Origin: Arcobacteraceae bacterium
GTDB lineage: Bacteria > Campylobacterota > Campylobacteria > Campylobacterales > Arcobacteraceae
Direction: 5' to 3'
DNA: 64,000 nt
Assembly: GCA_048268245.1 (NCBI GenBank)
Contig: JBLWVX010000006.1
Location: 32,001-96,000 of the forward strand
This document shows, piece by piece, positions 1 through 9,312 of the stretch (position 1 is its first letter; each line of letters starts with the position of its first letter). Both the position numbers and the translations under genes were made by a program. The notes below the pieces were generated by a model. The model saw only the letters and a program-made list of their open reading frames with translations, searched no databases and had not been told where the DNA came from.

Positions 1-167
1 AGACCTTTTGCATGAGTAGCCATAAAGTTAACTTTTTCAGGAGTACTTAATGCTGCTGAATAAACTAAATCACCTTCATTTTCTCTATCTTCATCATCAA
101 GCATGATGACCATATTTCCTTTTTGGATTTCTTCAATTGCTTCTTTTACTCGTTGTATTGCGTTCAT
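1..167 (-). CDS. ribB: 3,4-dihydroxy-2-butanone-4-phosphate synthase (RibB/RibBA), 5' part, runs off the window
   Basis: Manual translation MNAIQRVKEAIEEIQKGNMVIMLDDEDRENEGDLVYSAALSTPEKVNFMATHAKG; DDEDRENEGD is the DHBP synthase signature. Confidence 0.93.
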   Translation of the reverse strand, partial: MNAIQRVKEAIEEIQKGNMVIMLDDEDRENEGDLVYSAALSTPEKVNFMATHAKG

Positions 168-241
168 ATCTCTTCTTTTCAATAATTTATTTAATATATA
201 ATATATTATATCAGAAATTTCAAAATTTTTTCTAAAACCTC

Positions 242-270
242 TTGACAAATGCTATAATTTCCACTATAAT
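242..270 (+). promoter_or_regulatory. Sigma70 promoter of the tRNA operon
   Basis: TTGACA (242-247), 17 bp spacer, TATAAT (265-270), 16 nt upstream of the first tRNA. Confidence 0.85.
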
Positions 271-286
271 TTCGGCACTTAAAAAA

Positions 287-361
287 TGGGGTATCGCCAA
301 GTGGTAAGGCAACGGTTTTTGGTATCGTTATTCGGGGGTTCGAATCCCTCTACCCCATCCA
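287..361 (+). tRNA. tRNA-Gln(TTG)
   Basis: TGGGGTATCGCCAAGTGGTAAGGC...anticodon TTG...GTTCGAATCC...CCCCATCCA cloverleaf with encoded CCA. Confidence 0.95.
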
Positions 362-385
362 TTTAAGTATCTTAAAATGTTAGTT

Positions 386-462
<77 letters not shown>

Positions 463-475
463 ATTTAGCCAAAGT

Positions 476-552
476 GTCAAGGTAGCTCAGCTGGCTAGAG
501 CGCTGGTCTCATAAGCCGGAGGTCGAGAGTTCAAGTCTCTCTCTTGACACCA
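476..552 (+). tRNA. tRNA with CAT anticodon (elongator Met; Ile2 not excluded)
   Basis: GTCAAGG/TCTTGAC acceptor stem, CTCATAA loop, GTTCAAGTC T arm, CCA end. Confidence 0.88.
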
Positions 553-589
553 TTATTCACATAGTGAATAATCTTTATAAATTTTGGAA

Positions 590-666
590 GCTGGTGTAGC
601 TCAGTTGGCTAGAGCAGCTGATTTGTAATCAGCAGGTCGGGGGTTCAAGTCCCTTCACCAGCTCCA
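590..666 (+). tRNA. tRNA-Thr(TGT)
   Basis: GCTGGTG/CACCAGC acceptor stem, TTTGTAA loop, CCA end. Confidence 0.95.
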
Positions 667-746
667 CTAAATTTCACAAAGTAATTTTTATAATAAATAC
701 AAACAATTATTCAAGAAGCGCGATTTTTTTCTATTATACTTTGTAC

Positions 747-772
747 ATATTTTGGGGAATTCCCCAAAATAT
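747..772. terminator. Probable bidirectional terminator
   Basis: Perfect 26-bp palindrome ATATTTTGGGGAATTCCCCAAAATAT between the convergent tRNA operon and lipoprotein genes. Confidence 0.7.
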
Positions 773-780
773 AACTTAGT

Positions 781-948
781 TTATTCAGTAGCTTTGTGTA
801 TTGCTTCTTTTGTTCCTTCATAAACATGTTTGCTTCCTTTTTTTGTAGCACTCCAAGCTTTTGAACTATCTTCTTTTACACCTTCCCAAGTTGCACAACC
901 TGAAAAAATAAAAATAGATGTAATTGTAATTAATAGAATTCTTTTCAT
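781..948 (-). CDS. Small lipoprotein, entericidin-like (55 aa; not in ORF track)
   Basis: MKRILLITITSIFIFSGCATWEGVKEDSSKAWSATKKGSKHVYEGTKEAIHKATE; lipobox FSGC; AAGGA RBS. Confidence 0.8.
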   Translation of the reverse strand: MKRILLITITSIFIFSGCATWEGVKEDSSKAWSATKKGSKHVYEGTKEAIHKATE

Positions 949-963
949 TTTTGTCCTTCTTTT

Positions 964-1308
964 CTATGGATTTGGGTTCTCAAAGAAAATATAGTTTGTA
1001 GAGTAATCAGAAAACTCAAAATATACTTTACTCTCATTTGTATCTTTTTTAAAGTTTAAATTCTGATCAAGTATGCCATATCCAAATCTATATGGTCTAT
1101 TGTTCTTTCCTTCTGTTGCAACAGCTGTTGAAAGTTTATCAATTTTTATGAATCTTTTTACTAGTTTTTCTCCTGCATAAACTTCAAGAACTCCATTTAC
1201 ACCTGTCCAGTTTTGAATATATCTATTGATTTTATTTTGCTTCTCTTCACAACCATTAAAAAATAAAGCAGTTGCTACTAATGAAGTGGTTATTAAAAAT
1301 TTCTTCAC
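964..1308 (-). CDS. Hypothetical lipoprotein
   Basis: 114 aa, signal peptide ending FNGC, GTG start with AGGA RBS. Confidence 0.75.
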   Translation of the reverse strand: MKKFLITTSLVATALFFNGCEEKQNKINRYIQNWTGVNGVLEVYAGEKLVKRFIKIDKLSTAVATEGKNNRPYRFGYGILDQNLNFKKDTNESKVYFEFSDYSTNYIFFENPNP

Positions 1309-1424
1309 TATATTTCCTTATTATGAGTTTTTTGAATTAAAAGTGTACTACAAAAGTACTAAAAGCAAGATTTGACTAGTTTAAGAATTAATAATTTTTA
1401 AAAGTAGGATTAGTTATTTATTTT

Positions 1425-1452
1425 ATATGAATAGAACTAAGTCTATTCATAT
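1425..1452 (-). terminator. glyS terminator hairpin
   Basis: ATATGAATAGA...TCTATTCATAT inverted repeat just after the glyS stop. Confidence 0.55.
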
Positions 1453-1456
1453 TTTC

Positions 1457-3472
1457 TTAGATAGTAATTTCTTTAATATCAGCAATTTTTCTAAATTCTT
1501 GGTAAACTTTACCTATGATATTTTTTCTATTTGTTTTGATAGCTTCATTTTCATGATTTACATATACATTATCAAAGAAGTTGTCTAATTGTGTTTTTAA
1601 GTCAAATAAAGCTTCTAATTGATCTTCATAACATGGATACTCTTTTGATACTACTGTTGTAAATGCTGATGATAATTCTTTTTCTGCATCATCTTCTAAT
1701 AAAGAGTCATTAACAGTTAATTCAGAGTTTACATCTATATCTTTGATAATATTTGCAACTCTTTTAAATGTTGCAGAATATTCTTTAAAGTTGTCACTTT
1801 GAACAATTGGATTTAATGCACAAAGTTTTTTAGAGATTTTTAATATATCAGTTTCTTGTGAACCTAGAACTGCTTTTAATACAGATGGGTTTACATCAAA
1901 AATTTTAAATAGTCTTTCATTGAAGAATTCAACTAATTGAGTTTTATCTAATCCTGGGTAATTAGATGCTAATGTATCAACGATTTTATTTAAATCAACT
2001 GATAATTCATGTTCCATTGCAATTTTTACAATACCTGCTGCTGCTCTTCTTAATCCAAATGGATCTTTTGAACCAGTTGGAATTTTACCAACACTAAATA
2101 ATCCCATTAAGTTATCAAGTTTATAAGCTAATGCTATTATTGATGAAAATTTATTTGATGGTAAGTTAGAGTCTTCACCATCTGGTAAGTATTGCTCTTT
2201 TAATGCTGTATATACAAGTTCATCTTCTCCTGCAAGTTTTGCATAGTAGTATCCCATTAGACCTTGAAGTTCAGTAAATTCAAATACCATTTCAGACATT
2301 AAGTCTGCTTTACTTAACATTACAGCTTTTTGAACAAGTTCTTTGTTCTCTACATTGAAAGTATCAGCTAAGAAAGAAGCAATTTTTGCTTCTCTTTCAC
2401 ACTTCTCATACATAGAACCTAAACCTTCCACAAATGTAAGCTTTTTAAGTCCTTCATTTGAAAGTCCATTATTAATATCATTTTTCCAGAAGAACATACC
2501 ATCTGCAAGTCTTGGTCTTAATACCTTTTCATTACCTTCAATAATGTAACCAAAGTCATTAGTTTTAGAGTTTGATACAACAATAAAGTTGTTTGTTAAT
2601 TTGTCATCTTTATAAACAGCAAAATATCTTTGGTGCTCTTTCATCGAAGTTACAATAACTTCCTCTGGTAATTCTAAAAACTCTTCATCAAATTTACCAA
2701 TTAAAGCAGTTGGATATTCTGTAATAGCAACAACTTCTTCAAGAAGCTCTTTATCTATTTCAATTTTAACACCATCTCTTTGTTCAATCTCTTTCATTTG
2801 ATCTAAGATGATTTTTCTTCTTTCATCTGGATATAGAATAACACCATTTTTATCAAGTTTACAGAAATAGTCCCCTGCAAAATCAAATGTGAAAGGTTCA
2901 TATGAAACCATTCTATGTGCGAAAGCAAAATTTGAAGATTTTACACCGTAAAGTTCACCCTCTACTACTTGTTCACCTAACATAATTGATAAAGATCTAA
3001 TTGGTCTAATAAAGCTATCAGTTCTTGAAGCCCATCTCATAGATTTTCCAAAGTTTAATGATGAAATAAATTCATTTACCATATCATTTAATAAGTCAGC
3101 AGAGTCAGTTCCTATTACTTCTTTTTTAAAGTATAAAACTTCCCCTCTTCCTTGATCAATTTTATCTAGCTCATCTACACTTACGCCACATTTTTTTGCA
3201 AAACCTAAAGCAGCACCTGTTGGTTCACCATCTTTAAAAGCTATTTTTACAGGAGCTCCAAACATTTCTTGTACTGAATCTTCTTGTTTTACTTGAAACT
3301 CTCTATGCCATAATACTAATCTTCTTGGTGTATAGAAGAATTCAAAATCACATAATAATCTATTCTTTTCTAAAATATCAGTCCATTTTTTTTCAATATT
3401 TGGTAGCTCTTTTAAAAATGGAATTGCTGGTAATTCTTCAACACCAATCTCTATTAATAATGGTTTATTCAT
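1457..3472 (-). CDS. glyS: Glycine--tRNA ligase beta subunit
   Basis: LLIEIGVEELP, TPRRL, RPRLADG and PTGSKDPFGLRR motifs; 671 aa. Confidence 0.97.
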   Translation of the reverse strand: MNKPLLIEIGVEELPAIPFLKELPNIEKKWTDILEKNRLLCDFEFFYTPRRLVLWHREFQVKQEDSVQEMFGAPVKIAFKDGEPTGAALGFAKKCGVSVDELDKIDQGRGEVLYFKKEVIGTDSADLLNDMVNEFISSLNFGKSMRWASRTDSFIRPIRSLSIMLGEQVVEGELYGVKSSNFAFAHRMVSYEPFTFDFAGDYFCKLDKNGVILYPDERRKIILDQMKEIEQRDGVKIEIDKELLEEVVAITEYPTALIGKFDEEFLELPEEVIVTSMKEHQRYFAVYKDDKLTNNFIVVSNSKTNDFGYIIEGNEKVLRPRLADGMFFWKNDINNGLSNEGLKKLTFVEGLGSMYEKCEREAKIASFLADTFNVENKELVQKAVMLSKADLMSEMVFEFTELQGLMGYYYAKLAGEDELVYTALKEQYLPDGEDSNLPSNKFSSIIALAYKLDNLMGLFSVGKIPTGSKDPFGLRRAAAGIVKIAMEHELSVDLNKIVDTLASNYPGLDKTQLVEFFNERLFKIFDVNPSVLKAVLGSQETDILKISKKLCALNPIVQSDNFKEYSATFKRVANIIKDIDVNSELTVNDSLLEDDAEKELSSAFTTVVSKEYPCYEDQLEALFDLKTQLDNFFDNVYVNHENEAIKTNRKNIIGKVYQEFRKIADIKEITI

Positions 3473-3620
3473 CTATTGTTTCCTTATTAGAAGTCTTGTC
3501 ATCTTTATTTTCTATTTTATCTTTGTATTTCTGTATTTGTTGTCTGTTAAAGTTGATTATGAATAATGCAACCATAATTACAAACATAATAAGAATTACG
3601 ATATCTAATATTTCTTTCAT
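3465..3620 (-). CDS. Small single-pass membrane protein (51 aa; not in ORF track)
   Basis: MKEILDIVILIMFVIMVALFIINFNRQQIQKYKDKIENKDDKTSNKETIDE; stop overlaps the glyS start by 8 nt. Confidence 0.65.
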   Translation of the reverse strand: MKEILDIVILIMFVIMVALFIINFNRQQIQKYKDKIENKDDKTSNKETIDE

Positions 3621-3824
3621 ATTTTTGCCTACTAATTGTTTATATAAAAGGTAATTATGTTATCTAATGTTTGCTTATTTTTTGGTTAGTGTAGAATTGT
3701 TAAAAGTATTATTTTGTAAAACAGATTGCTTATTGCAATCTATTTTACTAAGTGGTTAGGAAAGTCTTTTGTTGTTTCACAACAACATTGATCCATAATT
3801 TGTTGTAATTATTGTTTAGAAAAA

Positions 3825-4193
3825 CTACAAAATAGATTTATATATAACTCCATCTATTTCAAAAGAAGCTATTTCTTCTAGTTCTTGATTATTTTCAATA
3901 ATTGCTAAAATTTTTGAGTCAAACATATAGTTTTCTGCAACCTTTTGAATCTCTTTAGCTAATAACTTTTGAGCAATAATATATTTTGCGTTTAAAGCAT
4001 TTGCATATATTGCTTCTTTTATTGAGTCTACTTTAACAGCAATAATTAATTCATTTTCATAAGTATATTTAAGTAAATCTTCGTTGTAACCAAATGAAAG
4101 TGTAGTATTGCTTTTTGTATTTTTTATATCTTCTATTTTTTGAACTTTTGATAGTTCATCAAATGGTACTAATTTATCACCTATAAGTATCAT
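3825..4193 (-). CDS. Hypothetical protein
   Basis: 122-aa ORF tightly packed in the ribA-rsmG operon. Confidence 0.75.
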   Translation of the reverse strand: MILIGDKLVPFDELSKVQKIEDIKNTKSNTTLSFGYNEDLLKYTYENELIIAVKVDSIKEAIYANALNAKYIIAQKLLAKEIQKVAENYMFDSKILAIIENNQELEEIASFEIDGVIYKSIL

Positions 4194-4200
4194 GTTAATC

Positions 4201-4422
4201 CTATCTATTGTTTAAACACTCTTGTGAGCAGTAAAAATTACCATTACTTAAAATAGCTTCATTTTGAGAAACATAAGTTTTGCAAGTTGGACATTCTACC
4301 ATTTCATCAGAAATTTTTTCATTCTTTTTTGATTCAACTATATTTTTTTCTCTTCCTTTTTTAAAGAAGATTAAATAGACTAAAAAAAGCACTATTAATA
4401 TTGCTAAAATTTTAAAAATCAT
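4201..4422 (-). CDS. PP0621-like small membrane protein with Cys motif
   Basis: N-terminal TM segment, MVECPTCKTYV...YCSQEC. Confidence 0.75.
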   Translation of the reverse strand: MIFKILAILIVLFLVYLIFFKKGREKNIVESKKNEKISDEMVECPTCKTYVSQNEAILSNGNFYCSQECLNNR

Positions 4423-5009
4423 TATTTACCTTTTATATATAAGTAGTTTCTATCTTTTCTATTTACTACTTTATAGTTGTTGACTTTTGCTTCTTCTATT
4501 TCTTCTTGAACAAGTGAACCTTTATAAAATAGATAAGAGCTATCATCTTGTTTAATATTATCAGTAATATCTAAAAGTAAATTTGTATTTGTAACTGCTC
4601 TTGAAGTAATTAAATCAACTTTTATATCTTCTACTTTTTCTACTCTATTACAAATAACTGTTAAGTTTTCTAATTTTAAACTAGCTTTTACAAAATTTAA
4701 AAAAGACACTCTTTTAACTCTTGGTTCTATTAAATATGCTTTCATATCTCTTTTGGCCATAGCTAAAATAAGACCTGGATACCCTGCTCCTGTTCCAATA
4801 TCAGCAAAGCTTTCATGCTTATCAATAAAACTTAATGGATATACTGAATCTAGTATATTTTCATTTATATCATCAATAGCAAGACTTCCTGTTAGGTTAT
4901 GAACCTGTCCCCATTGTCTTAAAAGTTTAGTAAAAACTTCACAATCTTCATAAAATTTATCATCAAACTCTAAGTTGTTTGATTGGCATAATTGTTTTAA
5001 ATCTATCAA
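4422..5009 (-). CDS. rsmG: 16S rRNA m7G527 methyltransferase
   Basis: HNLT, DIGTGAGYPG and TSRAV motifs. Confidence 0.95.
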   Translation of the reverse strand: MIDLKQLCQSNNLEFDDKFYEDCEVFTKLLRQWGQVHNLTGSLAIDDINENILDSVYPLSFIDKHESFADIGTGAGYPGLILAMAKRDMKAYLIEPRVKRVSFLNFVKASLKLENLTVICNRVEKVEDIKVDLITSRAVTNTNLLLDITDNIKQDDSSYLFYKGSLVQEEIEEAKVNNYKVVNRKDRNYLYIKGK

Positions 5010-5581
5010 AGCATATGTCCCATTTGATCTTTTTTAGTTTTTAAATATTCTTTATTATATACATTAGATTTTGTAATTGCTGGAATTCTTTCAACTATTT
5101 CAACACCTAAGCTTTCTACATAGTCTATTTTTTTTGGATTATTTGTAATAAGTTTAATTTTCTTTACATTTAAATCATTAAATATATATTCAACTACAGA
5201 GTAGTCTCTATCATCTTCTCCAAAACCAAGTTCTAAGTTTGCTTCAATTGTATTTCTTCCTTGATCTTGTAGACAATAAGCATTTACTTTATTTAGTAAA
5301 CCTATATTTCTTCCTTCTTGTCTATGATAGATTATTAAACCACCTTGCTTTGCTATGAAATCTAAAGCTAAGTTAAGTTGGTTTTGACAATCACATTTTA
5401 AACTTCCTAGTGTATCTCCTGTAAGGCATTCAGAATGAACTCTTACATAAGGAGATTCTATATTTTCAAAGTCTTCACTCATTATTGCTAAATGTTCTTG
5501 ATTATCTTGTTTATATGCTTTTATTCTAAACTTTCCATGTTTTGTAGGTAGATTAGCTATATTTGATTGTATTATATTCAT
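5006..5581 (-). CDS. ribA: GTP cyclohydrolase II
   Basis: RVHSECLTGD, CDC, QEGRNIGL and TNNP motifs. Confidence 0.97.
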   Translation of the reverse strand: MNIIQSNIANLPTKHGKFRIKAYKQDNQEHLAIMSEDFENIESPYVRVHSECLTGDTLGSLKCDCQNQLNLALDFIAKQGGLIIYHRQEGRNIGLLNKVNAYCLQDQGRNTIEANLELGFGEDDRDYSVVEYIFNDLNVKKIKLITNNPKKIDYVESLGVEIVERIPAITKSNVYNKEYLKTKKDQMGHML

Positions 5582-5639
5582 TTATCTTTAAACCTTATAT
5601 TGTTAGAATTCGAGATTATAACCAAAAGAGGTAAATAGA

Positions 5640-6614
5640 ATGTTTAAACGATTTAGAAGACTAAGAATAAATGAAACTTTAAGAGGTTTAGTAGAAGAAA
5701 CAAAGCTTTCAACTGATGATTTTATATATCCATTATTTGTAAGAGAAGGCGAAGGAATTAAAACAGAAGTTTCATCAATGCCAGGTGTATTTCAAATGTC
5801 AATTGATGAGATTTTAAAAGAGTGTGAGTATTTAGTAAGTATTAATTTAAAATCAATTATATTATTTGCAATTCCAGATACTAAAGACTCTGTAGGAAGT
5901 GAGTGTTTATGTGATGAAAGTATTATTGCTAGAACAACAAGAGCAATCAAAGAGAAGTTCCCTGAAATGTTTATTGTTACTGATTTATGTTTTTGTGAAT
6001 ATACAGATCATGGACATTGTGGAATTTTAGACCCCAAAACTCAAACTGTAGATAATGATAAGACATTAGAAATATCAGCACAACAAGCAATAGTACATGC
6101 TAAAGCAGGAGTTGATATGATAGCACCATCTGGAATGATGGATGGAATTATAGAAACTTTAAGAACTGCATTAGATGAAAATGGATTTGAAAACTTACCA
6201 ATTATGTCTTACTCAACTAAATTTGCTAGTGCATACTATGGACCTTTTAGAGATGTTGCTGAATCAACACCTTCATTTGGAGATAGAAGAACTTATCAAA
6301 TGAATCCTGCTAATAGATTAGAAGCTATTGAAGAATCACTTGAAGATGAAAGACAAGGTGCAGATATACTTATGGTTAAACCAGCATTATCTTACATGGA
6401 TGTAATAAGAGATATTAGAAATAACTCTAATGCACCGCTTTGTGTATATAATGTAAGTGGTGAGTATGCAATGCTTAAACATGCAGGTGCTGCTGGCCTT
6501 ATTGATTATGAGAGAGTTATGATGGAAACACTTCTTTCTTTTAAAAGAGCAGGAGCAAACTTAATTATCACATATCATGCTAAAGAAGCTTGTGAATTAT
6601 TAAGAAATAAATAA
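5640..6614 (+). CDS. hemB: Porphobilinogen synthase
   Basis: DLCFCEYTDHGHCG, APSGMMDG, YGPFRD and YNVSGEY motifs. Confidence 0.98.
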   Translation: MFKRFRRLRINETLRGLVEETKLSTDDFIYPLFVREGEGIKTEVSSMPGVFQMSIDEILKECEYLVSINLKSIILFAIPDTKDSVGSECLCDESIIARTTRAIKEKFPEMFIVTDLCFCEYTDHGHCGILDPKTQTVDNDKTLEISAQQAIVHAKAGVDMIAPSGMMDGIIETLRTALDENGFENLPIMSYSTKFASAYYGPFRDVAESTPSFGDRRTYQMNPANRLEAIEESLEDERQGADILMVKPALSYMDVIRDIRNNSNAPLCVYNVSGEYAMLKHAGAAGLIDYERVMMETLLSFKRAGANLIITYHAKEACELLRNK

Positions 6615-6615
6615 T

Positions 6616-7830
6616 ATGGGAAATACTTATCAAGATGCAATAGAGAATTCTAATATAGTATCAAAAACAGATACAAATGGAATAATCACTTTTGTAAATG
6701 ATGAGTTTTGTAAAATATCAGGATATTCACATAAAGAGTTAGTGGGACAAAATCACAATATCGTGAGACATCCTGATGTCCCCTCTTCTAACTTTGTTAG
6801 TCTGTGGGAGACTATACTTTCAAAAAAGCCTTACAAAGCTACAGTTAAAAACCTAACTAAAAATGGAAAGACTGTTTATCTTAATACTACTATAACCCCT
6901 ATTTTAGATGAAAATGAAGAAATAAAAGAGTTTATAGCTATACGTTATGATGTAACTGCTGAGGTAGAATTAAAAAAAAGATTAGAAATAAAAGAAAAAG
7001 AGCTTGAAGCTTTAAATGCTACTTTAGAATTAAGAGTTGATGAACAAACAAAACAATTAAAAGATCTAAATGCAAATTTAGAAAATAGAGTTGAAAAAGA
7101 AGTAGCTAAAAATAAAGAGAAACAAAAGATACTTTTTTGGCAATCAAGAATGGCAAGTCTTGGTCAAATGTTGGGGAATATTGCACATCAGTGGAGGCAA
7201 CCATTAACTGAATTGTCTTTAGTGATGTTTAATATGAAAAAAGCTTCATTACAAAATGATGAAGAAAAAGTAAAAGAGTTATATTTAAATAGTAAGGACT
7301 TAATACAAAATATGTCAAATACTATAGAAGACTTTACAAACTTTTTTAATCCAAAGAAAGAAAAGAAAGCTTTTAATATTAAAGATGCCATATATGAGTC
7401 AATAAATATTTTAAATAAAACAATACAAAAAGAGAATATAAATATAAAAATAGATATTCAAAATCAGTGTAAAGTAATAGGTGTATCAAATGAGTTATCA
7501 CAAGTCATAATAAATCTAATACAAAATGCAAAAGATGCCTTTATAAATAAACATATAGAAAAAAAAGATATTAAACTGAAACTATATGAAAAAATATTTT
7601 TTGATAAAAATCATGCTGTTTTAGAGATATGTGACAATGCTTCGGGAATTTCAAAAGATAATATTGATAAAATATTTGAACCATACTTTACTACAAAACA
7701 TAAAAGCCAAGGAACTGGTCTTGGACTTTTTATGTCTAAAATGATTATTGAAAAAAGTTTAGATGGTTCAATAGAACATGAAAACTATAAAAATGGTTCA
7801 AAGTTTACAATTAAAATACCTATGGAATAA
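6616..7830 (+). CDS. Cytoplasmic PAS-domain sensor histidine kinase
   Basis: Aer/NifL-like PAS (NHNIVRHPD), H-box IAHQWRQPL, G-box GTGLGL; no TM segment. Confidence 0.9.
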   Translation: MGNTYQDAIENSNIVSKTDTNGIITFVNDEFCKISGYSHKELVGQNHNIVRHPDVPSSNFVSLWETILSKKPYKATVKNLTKNGKTVYLNTTITPILDENEEIKEFIAIRYDVTAEVELKKRLEIKEKELEALNATLELRVDEQTKQLKDLNANLENRVEKEVAKNKEKQKILFWQSRMASLGQMLGNIAHQWRQPLTELSLVMFNMKKASLQNDEEKVKELYLNSKDLIQNMSNTIEDFTNFFNPKKEKKAFNIKDAIYESINILNKTIQKENINIKIDIQNQCKVIGVSNELSQVIINLIQNAKDAFINKHIEKKDIKLKLYEKIFFDKNHAVLEICDNASGISKDNIDKIFEPYFTTKHKSQGTGLGLFMSKMIIEKSLDGSIEHENYKNGSKFTIKIPME

Positions 7831-7835
7831 TATAA

Positions 7836-8516
7836 ATGGATTATAATTTATTAAAAACACTTAAAATTCTTATTGTTGAAGATGAAGTTAATTTATCAAA
7901 ACTTTTAAAAGATGCTATATCAGATTTCTTCTTTTCTGTTATTACAGCAAAAGATGGAGAAGAAGGACTTAAAAAATTCAAAGCTAATAAGCCTGATATT
8001 GTTATAACAGATATTATGATGCCTACTTGTGATGGATTAGAAATGACACATAATATTAAAGAAATAGATGAGTTGTTACCTATTATTGTTCTAAGTGCTC
8101 ATTCAGATAAAGAAAAACTTTTAAAAGCTATTGATTTAGGAATTAATAAGTATTTTATTAAGCCTTTTGATCCTGATGATTTAATAGAACATATTAATAA
8201 AATAGCTCCTAGTTTAAATAAGAGAAGAAAAGTTAAATTAAAAGACTCATATGTTTTTGATAATAACTCTAGGTCTTTATACAAAAATGATAAATTAGTA
8301 AATCTTACTAAAAGAGAAAAAGAGTTTTTTTACATTTTATTAAAACAAAGCAATCAAGTAGTTAGTTCTCAAAAGATAAAAGATAGTTTATGGAATGAGC
8401 CTGTAAGTGATGAAAGACTTAGAACTTTTATAAAAAGACTAAGAATTAAAACATCAAAAGATATTATAGAAAATGCTTCAGGACAAGGTTATTTAATTTC
8501 TCCATTGTATATCTAA
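7836..8516 (+). CDS. OmpR-family response regulator
   Basis: REC domain (IVEDE, TDIMMP, KP) plus winged-helix (LTKRE, IKRLR, GQGY). Confidence 0.9.
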   Translation: MDYNLLKTLKILIVEDEVNLSKLLKDAISDFFFSVITAKDGEEGLKKFKANKPDIVITDIMMPTCDGLEMTHNIKEIDELLPIIVLSAHSDKEKLLKAIDLGINKYFIKPFDPDDLIEHINKIAPSLNKRRKVKLKDSYVFDNNSRSLYKNDKLVNLTKREKEFFYILLKQSNQVVSSQKIKDSLWNEPVSDERLRTFIKRLRIKTSKDIIENASGQGYLISPLYI

Positions 8517-9191
8517 CTCTTTTGATTTAATTAAACTTCTGTTTAAAGCTAGGCCTTCTTTTATATTTCCAATATTTGATGAGGTTAATAAAAAGTTTTG
8601 TAAATAGTATGTATTTTTATACCCTAGTTTTATTAGAGTATCAATCATTTTATTAATATCTTCTTCTTTTAACAGATAAGAGTTTATGGTAGTTCTTAGC
8701 TCAAAATCGAAATCTATTTTTAATAAAAACTTTATAGTTTCCATAAACTTATCATATAAATTTGTTTTTGTAATCTCATAAAACTTATCTTTATGAGCTT
8801 TAAAATCTATTGCCATATAATCAATAAGTTTTAACTCAATAAGTTTTTGTATTTGCTTTAAGTTTGTTGCATTAGTGTCAAGCTTTATTTTAAAGCCTAA
8901 TTTTTTTACTTCTGTGCAAAAATCAATTAGATTATGTTGTGTTGCTTCTCCTCCAGAAATCACTACTGCATCAAGCAGACCAACACGTTTCTTAAGAAAA
9001 TTTAACACATCATTTAAAGTATGATTTGCTGTTTTATTAAAAACAAGTTCATCATTATAACAGTACAAACATCTGAAATTACATCTATTTAACCAAACTA
9101 CGCAAGACAAATGTCCTGCGTAGTCTGTAGTTGTAAATTTTGTTAGACTATAAACATTTTTTAGATTCAATGAATTTAACTCTCTGTTCAT
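8493..9191 (-). CDS. nrdG: Anaerobic RNR activating enzyme (radical SAM); start uncertain (ATG 9191 or TTG 9170)
   Basis: CNFRCLYC radical SAM motif, ISGGE, KLDTN; adjacent to nrdD. Confidence 0.9.
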   Translation of the reverse strand: MNRELNSLNLKNVYSLTKFTTTDYAGHLSCVVWLNRCNFRCLYCYNDELVFNKTANHTLNDVLNFLKKRVGLLDAVVISGGEATQHNLIDFCTEVKKLGFKIKLDTNATNLKQIQKLIELKLIDYMAIDFKAHKDKFYEITKTNLYDKFMETIKFLLKIDFDFELRTTINSYLLKEEDINKMIDTLIKLGYKNTYYLQNFLLTSSNIGNIKEGLALNRSLIKSKELDIQWRN

Positions 9192-9312
9192 GTTCACCTT
9201 TTTTCCCAATATTAAAACTTTCAATAGGTCTGTGATAACCCATAACCCTTGTATATACTATACATTTACTTCTTTTGTGTGAATTTTTTTTAAGCACCTC
9301 TTGTTTTTGCAT
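9148..9312 (-). CDS. Stand-alone glycyl-radical domain of class III RNR (54 aa; not in ORF track)
   Basis: MQKQEVLKKNSHKRSKCIVYTRVMGYHRPIESFNIGKKGEHEQRVKFIESKKCL; RVMGY glycyl-radical motif; own AAGGAG RBS inside the nrdD 3' end. Confidence 0.88.
   Translation of the reverse strand: MQKQEVLKKNSHKRSKCIVYTRVMGYHRPIESFNIGKKGEHEQRVKFIESKKCL

Noticed and set aside
7675..7727. About 50-bp near-identity with 44052-44104
   Set aside because: Both encode the conserved FEPYFTTKHKSQGTGLGL kinase motif; ordinary paralogue conservation
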